Assembly: GCF_018350175.1 (NCBI RefSeq)
Contig: NC_058368.1
Location: 164,488,001 to 164,552,000, forward strand
DNA from: Felis catus
Taxonomy: Eukaryota
DNA: 64,000 bases
Direction of reading: 5' to 3'
The notes under the pieces are model-generated. The model was not told the origin of the DNA. It saw only the letters and a program-made list of their open reading frames with translations, and made no database searches. Position 1 is the stretch's first letter. Each line of letters opens with the position of its first letter. Shown here one piece after another: positions 1 to 13,225 of the stretch. The translations under genes and the position numbers were made by a program.

Positions 1-3000
1 AAGAATTTATTATTTTGTACTTGTGAAATACAAAGTGAATTTGTTTACATTGAGTAGATATGTCCATCTGGAATATTTAGTTTCCCATTAATTGTAACAA
101 TCCCCATTAATTTTGCCATTCACTTAGGCTATGTAGATAATATTGTTCTTTCCACATAAATATAATTTATTTCTAAGGCTTGATAAATGATTTAAGGACT
201 CGTTAAAGTAATCTATTTAAATCTTCATGATGCAATCCTGAGATTTACACATGTGTACTAGCAAAGAACATAGAATTATTGCTATTACAGTATACCACTT
301 TCATGTTTTGCAAATTTAGGACAAAAATAAAATCTTCCAAGTTTTCTGTAGAATTTTCATCACTTTAACTTTTCACATTTCTATTAAAAACAACTTGAAT
401 TTGCTGAGATTTTTAAAAACAACATGGTAAGAACTCCAAAGAATAAAAAAAAAAAAGTAAGACTCCCATAAGGCGAATCCCAACTTTTACAGGCAGAATT
501 TAGTATATATGTGATAAACACAGATGTATAAAAAGCAATTTTGTTAGTCAATCTGACTGTTGATAAAAAGGATACAAAGATGAATGTCTGTCAGGTATAC
601 CCTAGCTGTGGTTAATTACCACATACATGTTGTCATTTAGAAGAAGACATGTTTTAATGAGAAGATTCAGGTGTTTTGCAGTAAATAATGTAAGATAAAT
701 AGTTGTTCACCATAATGTTATAATTGCATTTCAGAATTTCGTTACACATTTTGATTTGATGCTGCTTTTTATATAGGTGATCACAACCACAAATGTTTTG
801 AAGACATCTTATGATATAGATATTGTTCATTATTTTATAGTTTATATAATGAATTCTTTGTGATTGATTTCTAATTATACTTTGCAATAATTATTTTTAA
901 AGAATTTACAGTTATTTTGAACTTTATTTGCAAAGATTGGCAATTAAGGATGTCTTTTAAGTTACTCAAATAGTCAAATGTACATATGATATATAAGCCT
1001 CATTATTTTGCCTGTTTCTAGAAGACACATCAGTACATCTTATTAAGTACAAAACACCAAATATCCTATGAAGAAAGCTTGCTAATACAATAGTCATTTT
1101 TCTTCTACGTATTTTTAAATAAGAAATAATTTACTACATAAAATCAGTATTACTGAATTGCTATTAAATCTTCTAGGCTATAAAAACAGACACGTGATAG
1201 TAAAATTCATTATGTTGATTTATATTTATATTAGTGCTGTATATGATTTATTATTGTAAAATATTTCCAAATAAACTTTCTGAAAGAATGAGGGCAAGTA
1301 TGGCCAAGGCCGTCACAGCCCAGGCCCAAGCTTGCGAGTGGCAGATCACAGGTCTGCTAGACATACACTCACAAGCTGATAGCCTTGACAGCACCACTGC
1401 TGACTTCAATGCGACAGGCTGACCTTAAAAATTAATTGGAAGTTACACCACATTAAAGATGTGTCTACTGCTTTAATAGGCACTGTGAGACAGAGAAGCA
1501 TCTATTAGACCTCCAGCCCTAATGATTGTGTGGGTCGGTTAATGAGATGTAAACCCCATAGCCAACTCAGAGAAGCAAAAATGGTAGCACTGATCACAAG
1601 AGAAAACATTATTTTTCCTTATCTGATTCAATTTTCTAAGTATTCTAAATACAGACTTTCTCCAAATATATTTTACAGTTGTGCTAAAAATGTGTTTTCT
1701 AATTTCCAGTAAACGATTAGTAATTTTCCTCTTCGCATTTATTTTTCACCTTTATTGCATGCTTCATAATTCCATGCTTAAGTATTTTTGAAAACAAATG
1801 ATTATTTCAGTGACCACTCTGTCTAAAAATATAACCTACTAGAGGCTAAGAAATGTCAGATTTCTTTGTCTACTTTTTTTTCTGTCTTCATAAAAGAGCT
1901 TCTGACCTGAAGAATGTAGGGGAAAATAATGTATTTATGCTTTCAAAAAATAAAAGTATGAGTATTATCTGGACTCTAAATTGGGGACAATATTTTCTTC
2001 ACACCTCTAGTACCTCCTATAATTATCCGTTTAAGTAGATGTTATTAGGTTGCTGGCTTTTTTACATAACATTCAGAACAAGCCTTGAACTATCATTGTA
2101 ACAACCAGTGCCATATGTTCTCTGCACTTTTTTGAGCATGTAAAGAATCTCATTGATCTTATTAAACTCCTGACCAAAATATTTGGTTTTTACCAAGAAA
2201 ACTCTTCATCTTGCCAAGCCATTAAACCCTAACAATTTTAACAGGTACAGAGCTCCAACTGTAGCTCACTTGATTCAGCTGTAATTGTTCCTCTGTGCTT
2301 TGAACTTATTCTTAAAGTTTCTAAATCAGTATTTGAATATATGTGGAGAGCTGAGATATTTGTGTTTTCTTCATATTGAGTAAAAATGCTACTGTACTCT
2401 CTTTGCGTTCTTCTTCCCACATACACTCTCTCATGAGCATTTGGACTTCTTTGTTAGCAAGTACATTGTTGAATTTAAAAAAAAACCCATGGAGATATTA
2501 AAATTCTTTCCTGATATAGCAGAGTTTTACATTTAGAGTATGGAATTTGTTTTTAATTCAGAGTAGTACACATAAGATTGGAATGTACTCAAATGTACCA
2601 GCTTTATATTTGCATTTTAGGTAATTGTGAGAAATGTGTAAGCATCTATATGATAGAAGGGATTGAAGGAAGAAGGACACATAAAAAGGTTTTCTGTTTT
2701 AAATCACAGAACTTCTCTCTATCTTTATGGCATTTTGAGATTAGTGGGGAAAAAACCACATTCTGAATGTGTTGGTGTCTAAGGTATAGTGTATATGAAT
2801 GTTTAACATAGGAAATTCTGGTTGATTACCAGAACATGCCAGTTTTAAACAATGAAAGTGTGGATTCACCTATTATTTTGCATGGCAAATTCATGTGTAT
2901 GTATCTGGGTTTTTTTTTTCTCACTTTCAGATACTTGGAATAAAGTAAAAACATCAGAAATTATATTTGTATGAAGTGGCTAGTTTGACTCTAGACAGCA

Positions 3001-4880
3001 GAATAAGTAGGCATAATTCTTTTGATTGTATAGGATCTGTTATACACTATAAAATCAGTAGGCAAATAAGATGTTATTGTACAATGGATAGAGATTTTAA
3101 GATAATATATGTGTATGTGTGAACTAGAAGTAATTTGGTTGTGAAATCTGTGATTTCAAAATACAATGATGCATTTACAATAGATGTACTGGCAATTCCA
3201 TAGCCTTAACTGGTTTGAGTTGGAGAGGAGAGAAGAAACATAATAACCTAGCTGATCAACAGGCATCCTTAGAGAAGTCCTAATCAAAGTGACTTATCAT
3301 CTCTTCCTGAAAATCAAACCCAAGTCTTTATGAATATATGAGACAGCTCTATTTAATACAGGCTATTAAGATCTTGGAGTTTTCTTTACCTTTTTAATCA
3401 GGGAGGATTGGTCTTAATGATAAATACAGAAAGAGTACTTGGGGAAAGTAGTCAACATTCTGAAGCATTAGCTTTTTCATGAAATACGCAAACATTTGAA
3501 TTCTTCCCATGCCATGTGTCTCCTATTTTTATGGCAGTTGCTTTTTAAAAGAGTTTCTTTTTAACTGCAGTTTTTCTTCTTTTATATCCTGGAGGGAAGG
3601 AGAAAACAAGCTTGTATTTTTCTTTCAGCTTGGAAAGAGAAAAAGTATTCCCCCCAAACAAAAATATTGACAGTCAAGAGGTCCAGAGAAGATCAGTAAG
3701 CCAGAGCCGTGAAAGACATAAATAAGACTTTTTTTTTTTGGCCCAAGGGATGTAAGCAGATATATGCAGTACGCGCTACATGCTCAGTTTTATTTTCCTG
3801 GGGGTGACATTTCTTAAGGTGACTGACAGAATTGTTTTGTTTTTTTCACCAGGTTTTCTTTTTTCTTTTTTTTTTTTTTTTATCAGTTCGTTATTGTATT
3901 CATGCAGTTTCCTCCACTATGTCAGTCCTCACTGTGAAAACAGCAATAATGATGTGATTATCTGGGGAACTTATTAACAAGAAAAGGGACAATACAAGAA
4001 TTACTTGATGAGTTATCTCTGCCTTGCTTAAAGGACATGTTCTTACAAATTAACAACCAATAGAGATGTGAGTACACCGTTGCCCAGTATTTACTTGGAG
4101 TTTATTTAATAAAAACTAACAACAAACAAAAACCCAGAAAGGGAAAAGTAATTTGGGGATAACTTAAATGATGTGATGATTGTTCCAAAATCACTTAATC
4201 CCAAAAAGATAAAATTAGCTTAAAAGTTAAAATTAAATAAGTAGTTACTGTGCTCCTCTCATTTATGTTTACCTAAAATTATAAGTTACAGGCAAAGACT
4301 AAAAGCAGATGAGATGTAGTACTCCTGTTGGGAATAGGAAATTCAACATTCTTATTGAAGGCTTTACATGTCTATTAGGAAAATAGAGAACAATTTTTTT
4401 AGAAGGCAGACTCTTCTTTAGTTCGATGTTCATTCATTCATTGACTCCGTCATTCATAAAAGCTGAATGTTTGTCAGGCAGTAGAAATAAAAAGATAAAA
4501 GATCAGTATAGCTTTTCCTCTCTAGTAGCTTACAGTCTAGCTGGGAGAAGTATAATTATCTTTAATAAGTTGTGGAAATACTAAAAAAAAAGTGCTATGT
4601 GCTGTGGAAATACAGATGTCATATTTGGTTTTGTTTCCTCAGCCTGGTTCCTGGAGTGAAGGAAACAATCAGTAAACTTTAGTGATATTGTAATCACGGT
4701 GAAAGAAAAGAAAAAGAGGCCCTTACTATTGCTAGCTGCTTTTTTTTCTTATCATCACTCATATTGTTTCAATATGGTTATTACAATATTTTCTGAAATC
4801 TCTGTGAATGAGGCATTATCATTGGAAAATAAGGGTAGAAAAACTTCTATAACTCACTTCTGTTCTAAGATAGCCAGTTG

Positions 4881-5097
4881 GGGGCGCCTGAGTGACTCAG
4901 TTGTTTAAGCATCTGGCTCTTGATTTTGGCTAAGGTTATGATTTTATGGTTCCTGGGATCCAGCCCTCTGTCAGGATCTATGCTGACAGTGTGGAGCCTG
5001 CTTGAGATTCCCTCTCTCCCTCTCCCTCTCTTTCTCTGCCCCTCCCCAGATCTCTTTCTCTTTCAAACTACATAAGTAAACGTAAAAAAAAAATAAA
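4881..5097 (+). mobile_element. Can-SINE
   Basis: ggggcgcctg head, (CT)n, A tail; TSD atagccagt on both sides. Confidence 0.92.
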
Positions 5098-5640
5098 ATA
5101 GCCAGTGGACACAGAGAAGAAAATGCTCTTAATAAGATAAAGTACTGAGCAAAAGAAAGAAAAAAAATTATTTGAGGAAAAATGTACATGTAAACAAGAA
5201 ATTAATGAGTTTATTCAGAATAATTGCCAAAAATATCTATATACCTTAAAAACATTATTTGTAGAGTTTGCATATATGATTTTGTATTTATATCCATGTA
5301 GTCATTGGTTTATTTAGTAAAATACCACTGACTAGCAAAACTCTGAATGAATTCTAGATTTTATGCAAAATAAAAATAATAAAATGCTTTTTTTAATAGA
5401 GCTGTAATAAAAGTCTGATAAAGGAGAATCAAGGTCAGATTTATGGTCATTTCATCACTAACATTTTGTCATAGGATCTCCACATGGTACTTGTATATGT
5501 ATACATAGATATCTTTGTCAACATTTAAAAAAATACAAGTTGCTGGCATATAAAAAAGAGGCATTGTATAATATTTTGGAGTACTTTATCTTCTCAAATC
5601 TATTGTATTTGGATGTATATCTTTTAATATTATTGTGGTG

Positions 5641-5848
5641 TTTTTTAAATGTTTTATTTATTTTAGAGAGAGAGACACAGCATGAGCAGGGGAGGGGCAG
5701 AGAGAGGGGGGGACACAAGAATACAAAGCAGGCCACAGACTTTGAGGTGTCAGCCCAGAGCCCAATGTGGGGCTTGAACTCACAAACAGCAAGATCATGA
5801 CCTGAGCTGAAGTTGGACACTTAACCAACTGAGCCACCCATATGCCCC
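5641..5848 (-). mobile_element. Can-SINE
   Basis: T-rich tail, (GA)n, ...gagccacccatatgcccc; TSD atattattgtg. Confidence 0.92.
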
Positions 5849-6584
5849 TATATTATTGTGTTTTTTACCAAATTTTATCTATTTACATTATAGCAGTTTA
5901 CTATGTCATTAAATATTTTTACAAATATTTTGCTAGATGCATTTTATGAGCATCTTTATGATGCATTTCATTCAAAAGAAGTATTAATTTGATATTTAAC
6001 ACATTTTCCAATATTTCAATGATTTACCTAGTTGGCTACTTCATCTACTCCTTGTAAACAGTCTGTTATCTTTATGTTGTAATGAAATTTCGTGGTTAAA
6101 AGTTTTTGTGTGTGTGTTTGTGTGTGTGTATGTGCGTGTGTGTGTTTGATAAATGTAGGACCTTCTATTGAGTGTAGAGGGGGGGTGAACAGAAAATATA
6201 AAGGGAAGTAGACAAGAGAAAAGATGAAGCTGTCTTAAAGTGATACCATTTTCTACCCTAATGGTTGATGTAGTGGCAGAATAGAGTTTGATGAGAAGAC
6301 TTTTGTTGCGTACCTCTGCATACTATCTCCTTTTGTACATCATCTCACTGAATCTCAACAATCCAATGATATAGGTAGACTGTTACCCATCTTTTGTGGC
6401 TGAAGAAGCTGATACTCAAGAATCTTGAAAGCCAAGTTGTCTGACCTCAAAGCTTGCACTGTTGACTATAAGTTTTTCTAGAAAGTTACTTGACTATGCC
6501 TGTGTTCAAGGAACAGCAGAAACAAGTGCAAGAGTCGTTGGTTCCTGCCTGGGTTTCCATTTGGGCTGCTGGTTTATATTGACA

Positions 6585-7090
6585 TCATAAATCCTGGGAT
6601 GGAAGTAATTTTGAAAGGTCACCTAATCCATTCACCCTGTCTTAAACTTTCCTGACAGATGAAGAGCTACCTTAATTCTCTACACCTTCAAAAGAAAGTA
6701 CAGCTTCCTTCTGTCCCTTATTTCTGGATTTAACAACTTCTAGTGCAGGAAATCTCATCTTTTTTTTTTTTTTTATAACCTAAATCCCACTCAATGCTGT
6801 TTAAGCTTGTTGCCTTTTGCTCTGTGTTTTGAGAATACATAGTGATGCCTAAATAACAATATTTCCTGTATTTAAAGATAGTTACTAAAATTTTTTCTTC
6901 TTCAAACTTTATAATTCATATCCTTTTAACTTTTATTTTAAAAACTTACTTTTCAATAACTTTAGTTCTCTTTTATATTTCTTCTTAGCATTAGAGTTTT
7001 TTGTTTGTTTGTTTTGTTTTTGTTTTTTTGTTTTGTATTAATGGACTTAGATCAGGGAGTTCTAGAAGGGGTTTGACCTTGATTTTGCTG
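6585..7090. mobile_element. Possible CR1/L3 relic
   Basis: ggatggaagtaattttgaaaggtcacctaatcca and cctaaatcccactcaatgctgtttaagc resemble CR1/L3 3' regions; highly diverged. Confidence 0.35.
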
Positions 7091-8730
7091 GCTTTCCTAA
7101 GAGACTTTTGTTTAAATCCCTTAAAAACAAAAACAAAAAAATCCATACCTGCCCTGTGGTCCTCATCAACAATGTCAAAACACTGTGAGCATCTTCTGTG
7201 CGTTTTCCCTTTTTATGATTCTCATCTAATCACTTGCTTTCTTTTAATGACTTATTCAAATGTGAGTATGGGATATAGCCACAGTTGATGGGTAAGGAAG
7301 TTCTCCAGTGCAAACATCTTTCTAGCTAGATATTTACTGTTTAATGCTGTATTTTGAAACTCTGCTTGCTGCCATATTTTTTTTTAATCTCCAGCTCTGT
7401 CTATAGTATTTGATTCACATTCTGCAGCTAATAGGTCTTCATCTCTATTCAGTGTTTCCATCTTAAATTAAATGGGATTAATGCAGTGAAAAGTTCTTTA
7501 TAAGTGATGAGGTTAATAATCTGGAAATTATGGCTTCCCAAATAAGGCATCCCTAAAGCTCTTTTACTTCATTTTTTAGAGCTACTTTTTTCCTTGTCTT
7601 CTGATTTTCCAATCATTAATATAATGTTCACGTGATTAATAATTGTAATATCATTTATCTTCTTTTTGCTTTACTTTGAAAGCACTGGAGACCATCTTGT
7701 CAATTGATCTAACAGCTGTAGATCTTGCTAGAGGTCACATTGCAAGGTGGCATTTGTCATCAATCATGGCTTTAATTAAAACTTGGGTTATAGCTGAGTA
7801 AACTTTCTCCTTCGCTGATAATTTCTCTAACATTTTTACCCTTAAATTTTTTCTTAAAATATATTAAAATAATAATATAATTTGTTATATCTTTTATATT
7901 TTATATTTCCTGGCATTGACTAGTATTCACATTATAGAAAAAAAAATGAAGTAATAAAATCTGAATGATGTTTTCCTGCTGGCCAGAGGTAAACTTGATT
8001 ATATGTGCAGTATCAACCAATGTAATACATAAAATATCCTGAGCATTTACATACAAATTTGCTTCTTAATTTTGTGTCCTAAAACAAGCTATGATTGTCA
8101 TTGCCTTTGTACTCTTTCTTGTAAAACAAAAGAAAAAAGAAAAACTCCAAACTACCATTTACTCATTAAAAGATACAAAGAAATGTAGTACTATGTACTA
8201 ATGTAAAAAGAAAACATGATTTTTAAAAAGTGTTCCTGATAATAAAAAGTATTTAATGGAAAATTAACAAGTATTTTTAATATGGTAGATTAACTCTTTC
8301 ATACAATTTAATATGAACTCTTCTATGAAATCTGAAAAAGCATACTGTAAATCCATGCCTTCATGGGAACCTACATGTTTGACGGTCACAAACTGACTGA
8401 CTAAAGAGACACCCATGGATTTTTGGAAAACAAGAATATTCAACAGGCAGTCAGTCGTTAAGTATAAGTTTAGACTAGGTCAATACTACAAATATGTGGA
8501 TTTCAAAATCATATATTTTGTTAAGTGTTTGAGTATTAAAGTAATTTGAGACATACATCAATGTGTTTAAACCATTGGAAAAAACTATATAATTATTTGA
8601 GATGTGCATAATATAGAAAAGTAAATATTTTATAAAGTTAAATATAAAACTTGTTTTGGTGAGTCAACTTGTCAGTCTTCAATTACGTGAATTTTTGTTT
8701 GTTTGTTTTGTTTTTAATCATGTATGTCTG

Positions 8731-9090
8731 GTCTGTCATTTTACCCGTTTGGACTTTTATAACAGAATAATATAAACTGGGTAGCTTATAAACAACAGAA
8801 ATTTATTTCTAAAGGCTGGAAATTCAAGATCCAGGTGCCAGCAGGGTGAGGTTCTGCTGAAAGAGCACTTTAGGGTTGCACACTGCTGACTTTGTGTTGA
8901 TTATTAAAAGGGCAAAGGAGCTCTCTTCTGCCTCTTTTATAAGGGCATTAATCACCTTCATAAGTGCTCCACCTATATGATCTTATCACCTCCCCTCGAC
9001 ACCCCCCCCCCAGCCCTGCTTCTTAATACCATCATATTGGTCATTAGGCTTTGATCATATACATTTTGGGGATAACACAAACCCATAGCA
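8731..9090 (-). mobile_element. MaLR solo LTR (MLT1A-like)
   Basis: aaactgggtagcttataaacaacagaaatttatttct...aagatccaggtgccagca...aagggcattaatc...ccatagca resembles the antisense MLT1A consensus. Confidence 0.8.
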
Positions 9091-11853
9091 CCCTTTTTAA
9101 AAAACAAAAAAAACTATGTGTTCATAGACAACAGTGTACTCAAATCATGTTTTGTGTAAGTTTCCTAGGAATTCTAGAAAGCTAAGAGCAACAGCTCTAT
9201 CAAGCAACACATCACAATGTTTATAAAAAATATAAGATTCTAACTTATATCACCATTTTCAGACTTCTACTTAAGGTTTAGTTCATTAGCAAGTAGTTTT
9301 ATTTTATTTTTTCCAGTTCAATGATAACTCACCCAGGTTATATATCCCTCCATAAAGTAGTAAGAAAATGTAGAGGATGAAACATTCTACAATATTATTA
9401 AATATTCTTTACTTTATATCCTAATAATAGATCATTTTCAGACAGTGTAGGATTTAAATTAATAGGTATAATTTAAATCTCTACTAGCAAATAACATTTA
9501 TTTTAATAAAGTATTTGAATTAAGATTAGCCAGTTTGGAATTAATAAATTGTCAGTCCATTTGCTTGCCAATAATTTACTTAAAAAGCTGGAAACAATTA
9601 GTGTTCTTTTGAATTGGCACAACAAGCCCAGCATAATTTTTCTTATTTGATGTAATTGAATCTGCGTTTCTCTTTTATGGAAAAACCTGTGCTACACCGT
9701 ACTTAATAAACAAGAAGGACTTTACATTTCTAAATATTTTAAATATTAATGCTTTCAGCTTCTGACATTATATATATATATGTATATATGTATATATATA
9801 CATGTAATTTTTGTATCATTTCATTTGTTGAATGAAAGTTTAGTAAGTTTCAATAATCTATAGGTCAGACTTCTTAGTATTGCCTCATGACAATAAAAGA
9901 CGAATTGCAAATTAAGTGATTTTGAATCACATCTGTATTCAAAGTCTGGAAAATAAGAATATTTAAGGAACAGATCTAGTATCTCCTAAATAAAAATTCA
10001 TATAGAGAAATACTGGTACCACAAGGAGTCAGACTGATGGGTAAGTGCATTGGAAAAGCACAGTAAATGGGGATCAAGAAGATCCCTTTCCAAATTATAT
10101 TTTTATAATTCAACCATACGACACCAAGTGCCATATCAGGAAATGGTCCACACAAGGGGAAAAATGTAATATGACATTTCTTTTTGGCATAAAATAATGT
10201 GATTATTTTATTCATTGTGTTTCACTTTGCACAGTCCAGTGACTGCTGTAGAGAGAAGCAATTCTCAATGTTTTTCATACATGAAAAGTAAAAGATCTAC
10301 TGTAAGATTTATGTCAAAAAGAAAACAAAACACTGAATTTTTCTCAATGACTTAAAAAATACTGCTAATGTTTAGAAATTATTTTTTAAAATTTAAATTA
10401 GCAAATGAAAAGGAGAGGTAATTTACTAATTCTATAATGCAGGTATAACAGGAGGACAGAATAAAAAGTTTTCTTTGGATTTACCTTATTTTCTGTTTAC
10501 AAGAGAAAGTAATTGATGTCACTCTGGAGTTTACCTTTACTTTGCAACCAGTAAAATAGGTTCTGGTCTAAAAGATAGGAGTCCACTTTTAAACTAGATG
10601 TTGCTAACTTTAATTATGCCCGGAATGACCTATATATGGCGTGTTTTAGAAATATCTTGGTCTCAGAACTAAGTTCAAGTTTTCTTGGATATTCAGGCTC
10701 TCAATACCCTATACTAATCATTTGTACTATAACTTGATATTTATACTTAGCACAGATTTGTTTCCATGAACATAGAAAATAAATATATAAAACAAGCAAG
10801 TGGCTTTCCATGGAATGTAAATCAATACTTTGGCAAAAATATAACCTGTTAGCTTTTGTCTATTCCTATCCAAACCCCAGGCTAATAGCACTTCAGTATT
10901 TCAAACATTAAGTAAATCTCTATAACAAAACCATACTTTTGAAACCAAAATATGTCTGGTTTTGATTTGTTATTCCCACATAAATGTAGAACATAAACTG
11001 CTTCCCATTGCTATGGTTTTACCACAAGCATGCTTTCTGTAGTCTGTGAGCATAAAATATGAAACACGCTCATTTCATAATGGAGGAAACCAGCTTTCAA
11101 AAAAAAAAGTTACCGTGGTTTGGAAACTTCACCTTTCCTCTCCCCCAACCCCATACCAGAAGGTCACTTTTTTCTCCTAGAGGATGTCTCAAGTTAGTGC
11201 TTGTTTCTGTCATTTTATTCCTTTACCATGAAGAATAGGACTAACATTTCCTTGTGATGAGTGGACATTTAAAATTACCCCTATTGATCTTATTTGCTTG
11301 GATTATATTAAAAACATAATCCATTTTGCAAATGCAAAACAAGTCTTGTCCCACAACATTTCTTTGACTTAATAAGATTTATTAATAAATATTCAGAGGA
11401 TTATTTTGCCTGTATTAATGACTCAGTTAACCTAAATCTAATGTAATTTGAAACCTCTCAATCACTGTAGCACCACTAAAAATAGTAATTTTCTTTTCTA
11501 ACTTACTTTGTTATGGTTGTGTTATACAGTACAAAAATTTACTCAGAATCAATACCCAGTAAATTTCCACGCCCCTAATGGTACTGATTCTCTGTTAGAC
11601 TATTCCAAATGGGTTAACATGTAACATGGCCTTCTGACTAACACATAGCAATGAACTGGCAGGAAAATCTATACCTGCTCAGGAGAGTCTGAGCAAATCA
11701 TTTGATTCCTGTGTATCCAAGTCTATGAAAAATGTTACAGCCTTCTCCTTATTTAAAAAAAAAAAAAGGTGGGGGGAGAAAGAAAGAACAAAAGAAAAGA
11801 AGAAAGAAAGAAAATCTGATTTTTAGACATAAATCAACCTGGCCACATAATAT

Positions 11854-12068
11854 ATGTATGTATGTTTGTTTGTTTATTTACCTGAGAGAGAGAGAGAGAG
11901 AGAGAGAGAGTGATGGGATAGGGAGAGAGGAGAGAGTGAATCCCAAGCAGGTTCTGCACCATCATCATGGAGTCCAACTTGGGGCTGGATATCACGAACT
12001 GTGAGATCATGACCTGAGCCGAAATCAAGAGTTGGATGCTTAACTGACTGAGCCACCCAGGTGCCCCT
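11854..12068 (-). mobile_element. Can-SINE
   Basis: Typical body; TSD tggccacataatat. Confidence 0.93.
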
Positions 12069-13153
12069 TGGCCACATAATATTATTTGAATAGTAATTGA
12101 ACAGTATAATCAGATATACATAGTTTAAGAAAAGACCTTGGGGTGTTCTGATTGGGCAAATGTGTGAGGATATATGGGCAGCATCCACACAGTTTCTGCA
12201 TAATCCATTATGTAGAGCATATTGAGTCAGATGTATTGTGTTTATCAATTTCCATCAATATTCTGTACTTGAGACACAGAAATGCTGATAAAGTTTTCTC
12301 AAAGAAGCTATTTTATGCCTTCCAGCAATGTGTAGGACATACTAAGGGAGACACTTTGGGAAACTTCTCTTTCTGACTTTAGGGGTTTCACTTGGAGGAT
12401 GCATTTTTTTTCTGTGTTTGTGATAGGGATTTCCACTGGAGTGTATTATTTAGGAGAAAGCAATATAATTTTCTATAAATAATGAATTTTGGAACTACCT
12501 CCATAGAAACACATAACAAAACCTGGAATAAAATCTTACAATCTTGAACATAACATTTATGCATACTTTAATGTAAAAATAAATGAGTTTGGTTGATATC
12601 ATTTTTGTATATTCCAAGTGGTGATACATGCTTTTGTCATTTTCTGCTTTTAAGTTATACTCATTGTACTGTTTTTATTTTTGGGTCCTTTTGTATATCA
12701 ACATAAATGTGAGCATTGAAGGAATCTTGGTGATGCTTTATCTATTGTTACTGTATTTCAGTGTCCATGCTTTGTTCTCCAGACTCATCTCTGCAGGGTA
12801 TAAAGAGGTCAATGGGAGTACCAAGTTGGACTTCACATCAGCAGACTGATTGGTGTCTTTTTTCTGAACCGTTGAGACACTGTTTGCTTGATTAGCAAAG
12901 TAGGGCTATCTCACCATGTTCATGCTTACTGTTCATTCTGTTTTCCGTTTTATGTGATTAAGCCCCATTATGAGGATTTTCAGGTCACCCACAGTTAAGT
13001 GTTATTACAGCTGATGGGCACTTTGATCAACTTGTCTCACAACTTTTCTTTGAAAATTGCATGTTCCCTTTCAAAAGATTTCTCAGCAAAAATGGTTTTA
13101 AATTAACTCATCAAGGAAAAAAATAATACACAGAGGCCAATTAATATACTCAC

Positions 13154-13225
13154 TGACATGGCTGTGCTCCGTCTTCTTTCTTTCATCCTGACCCATGCAG
13201 TTAATTTGGAGGACAAGTATTAAAA
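13154..13225 (-). other. Candidate 72-nt internal exon of an unidentified transcript
   Basis: Minus strand: ttttctcttttttcctttatcacag | 72 nt | gtgagt. One open frame (LILVLQINCMGQDERKKTEHSHV). Purine-rich interior. Confidence 0.35.

Noticed and set aside
3886..4067. Plus-strand acceptor and GTGAGT donor pair
   Set aside because: Stops in all three frames, and the acceptor is just a poly(T) run; likely a pseudo-exon.
4881..4960. tRNA-like A/B boxes in SINE heads
   Set aside because: These are tRNA-derived Can-SINE promoters, not tRNA genes.
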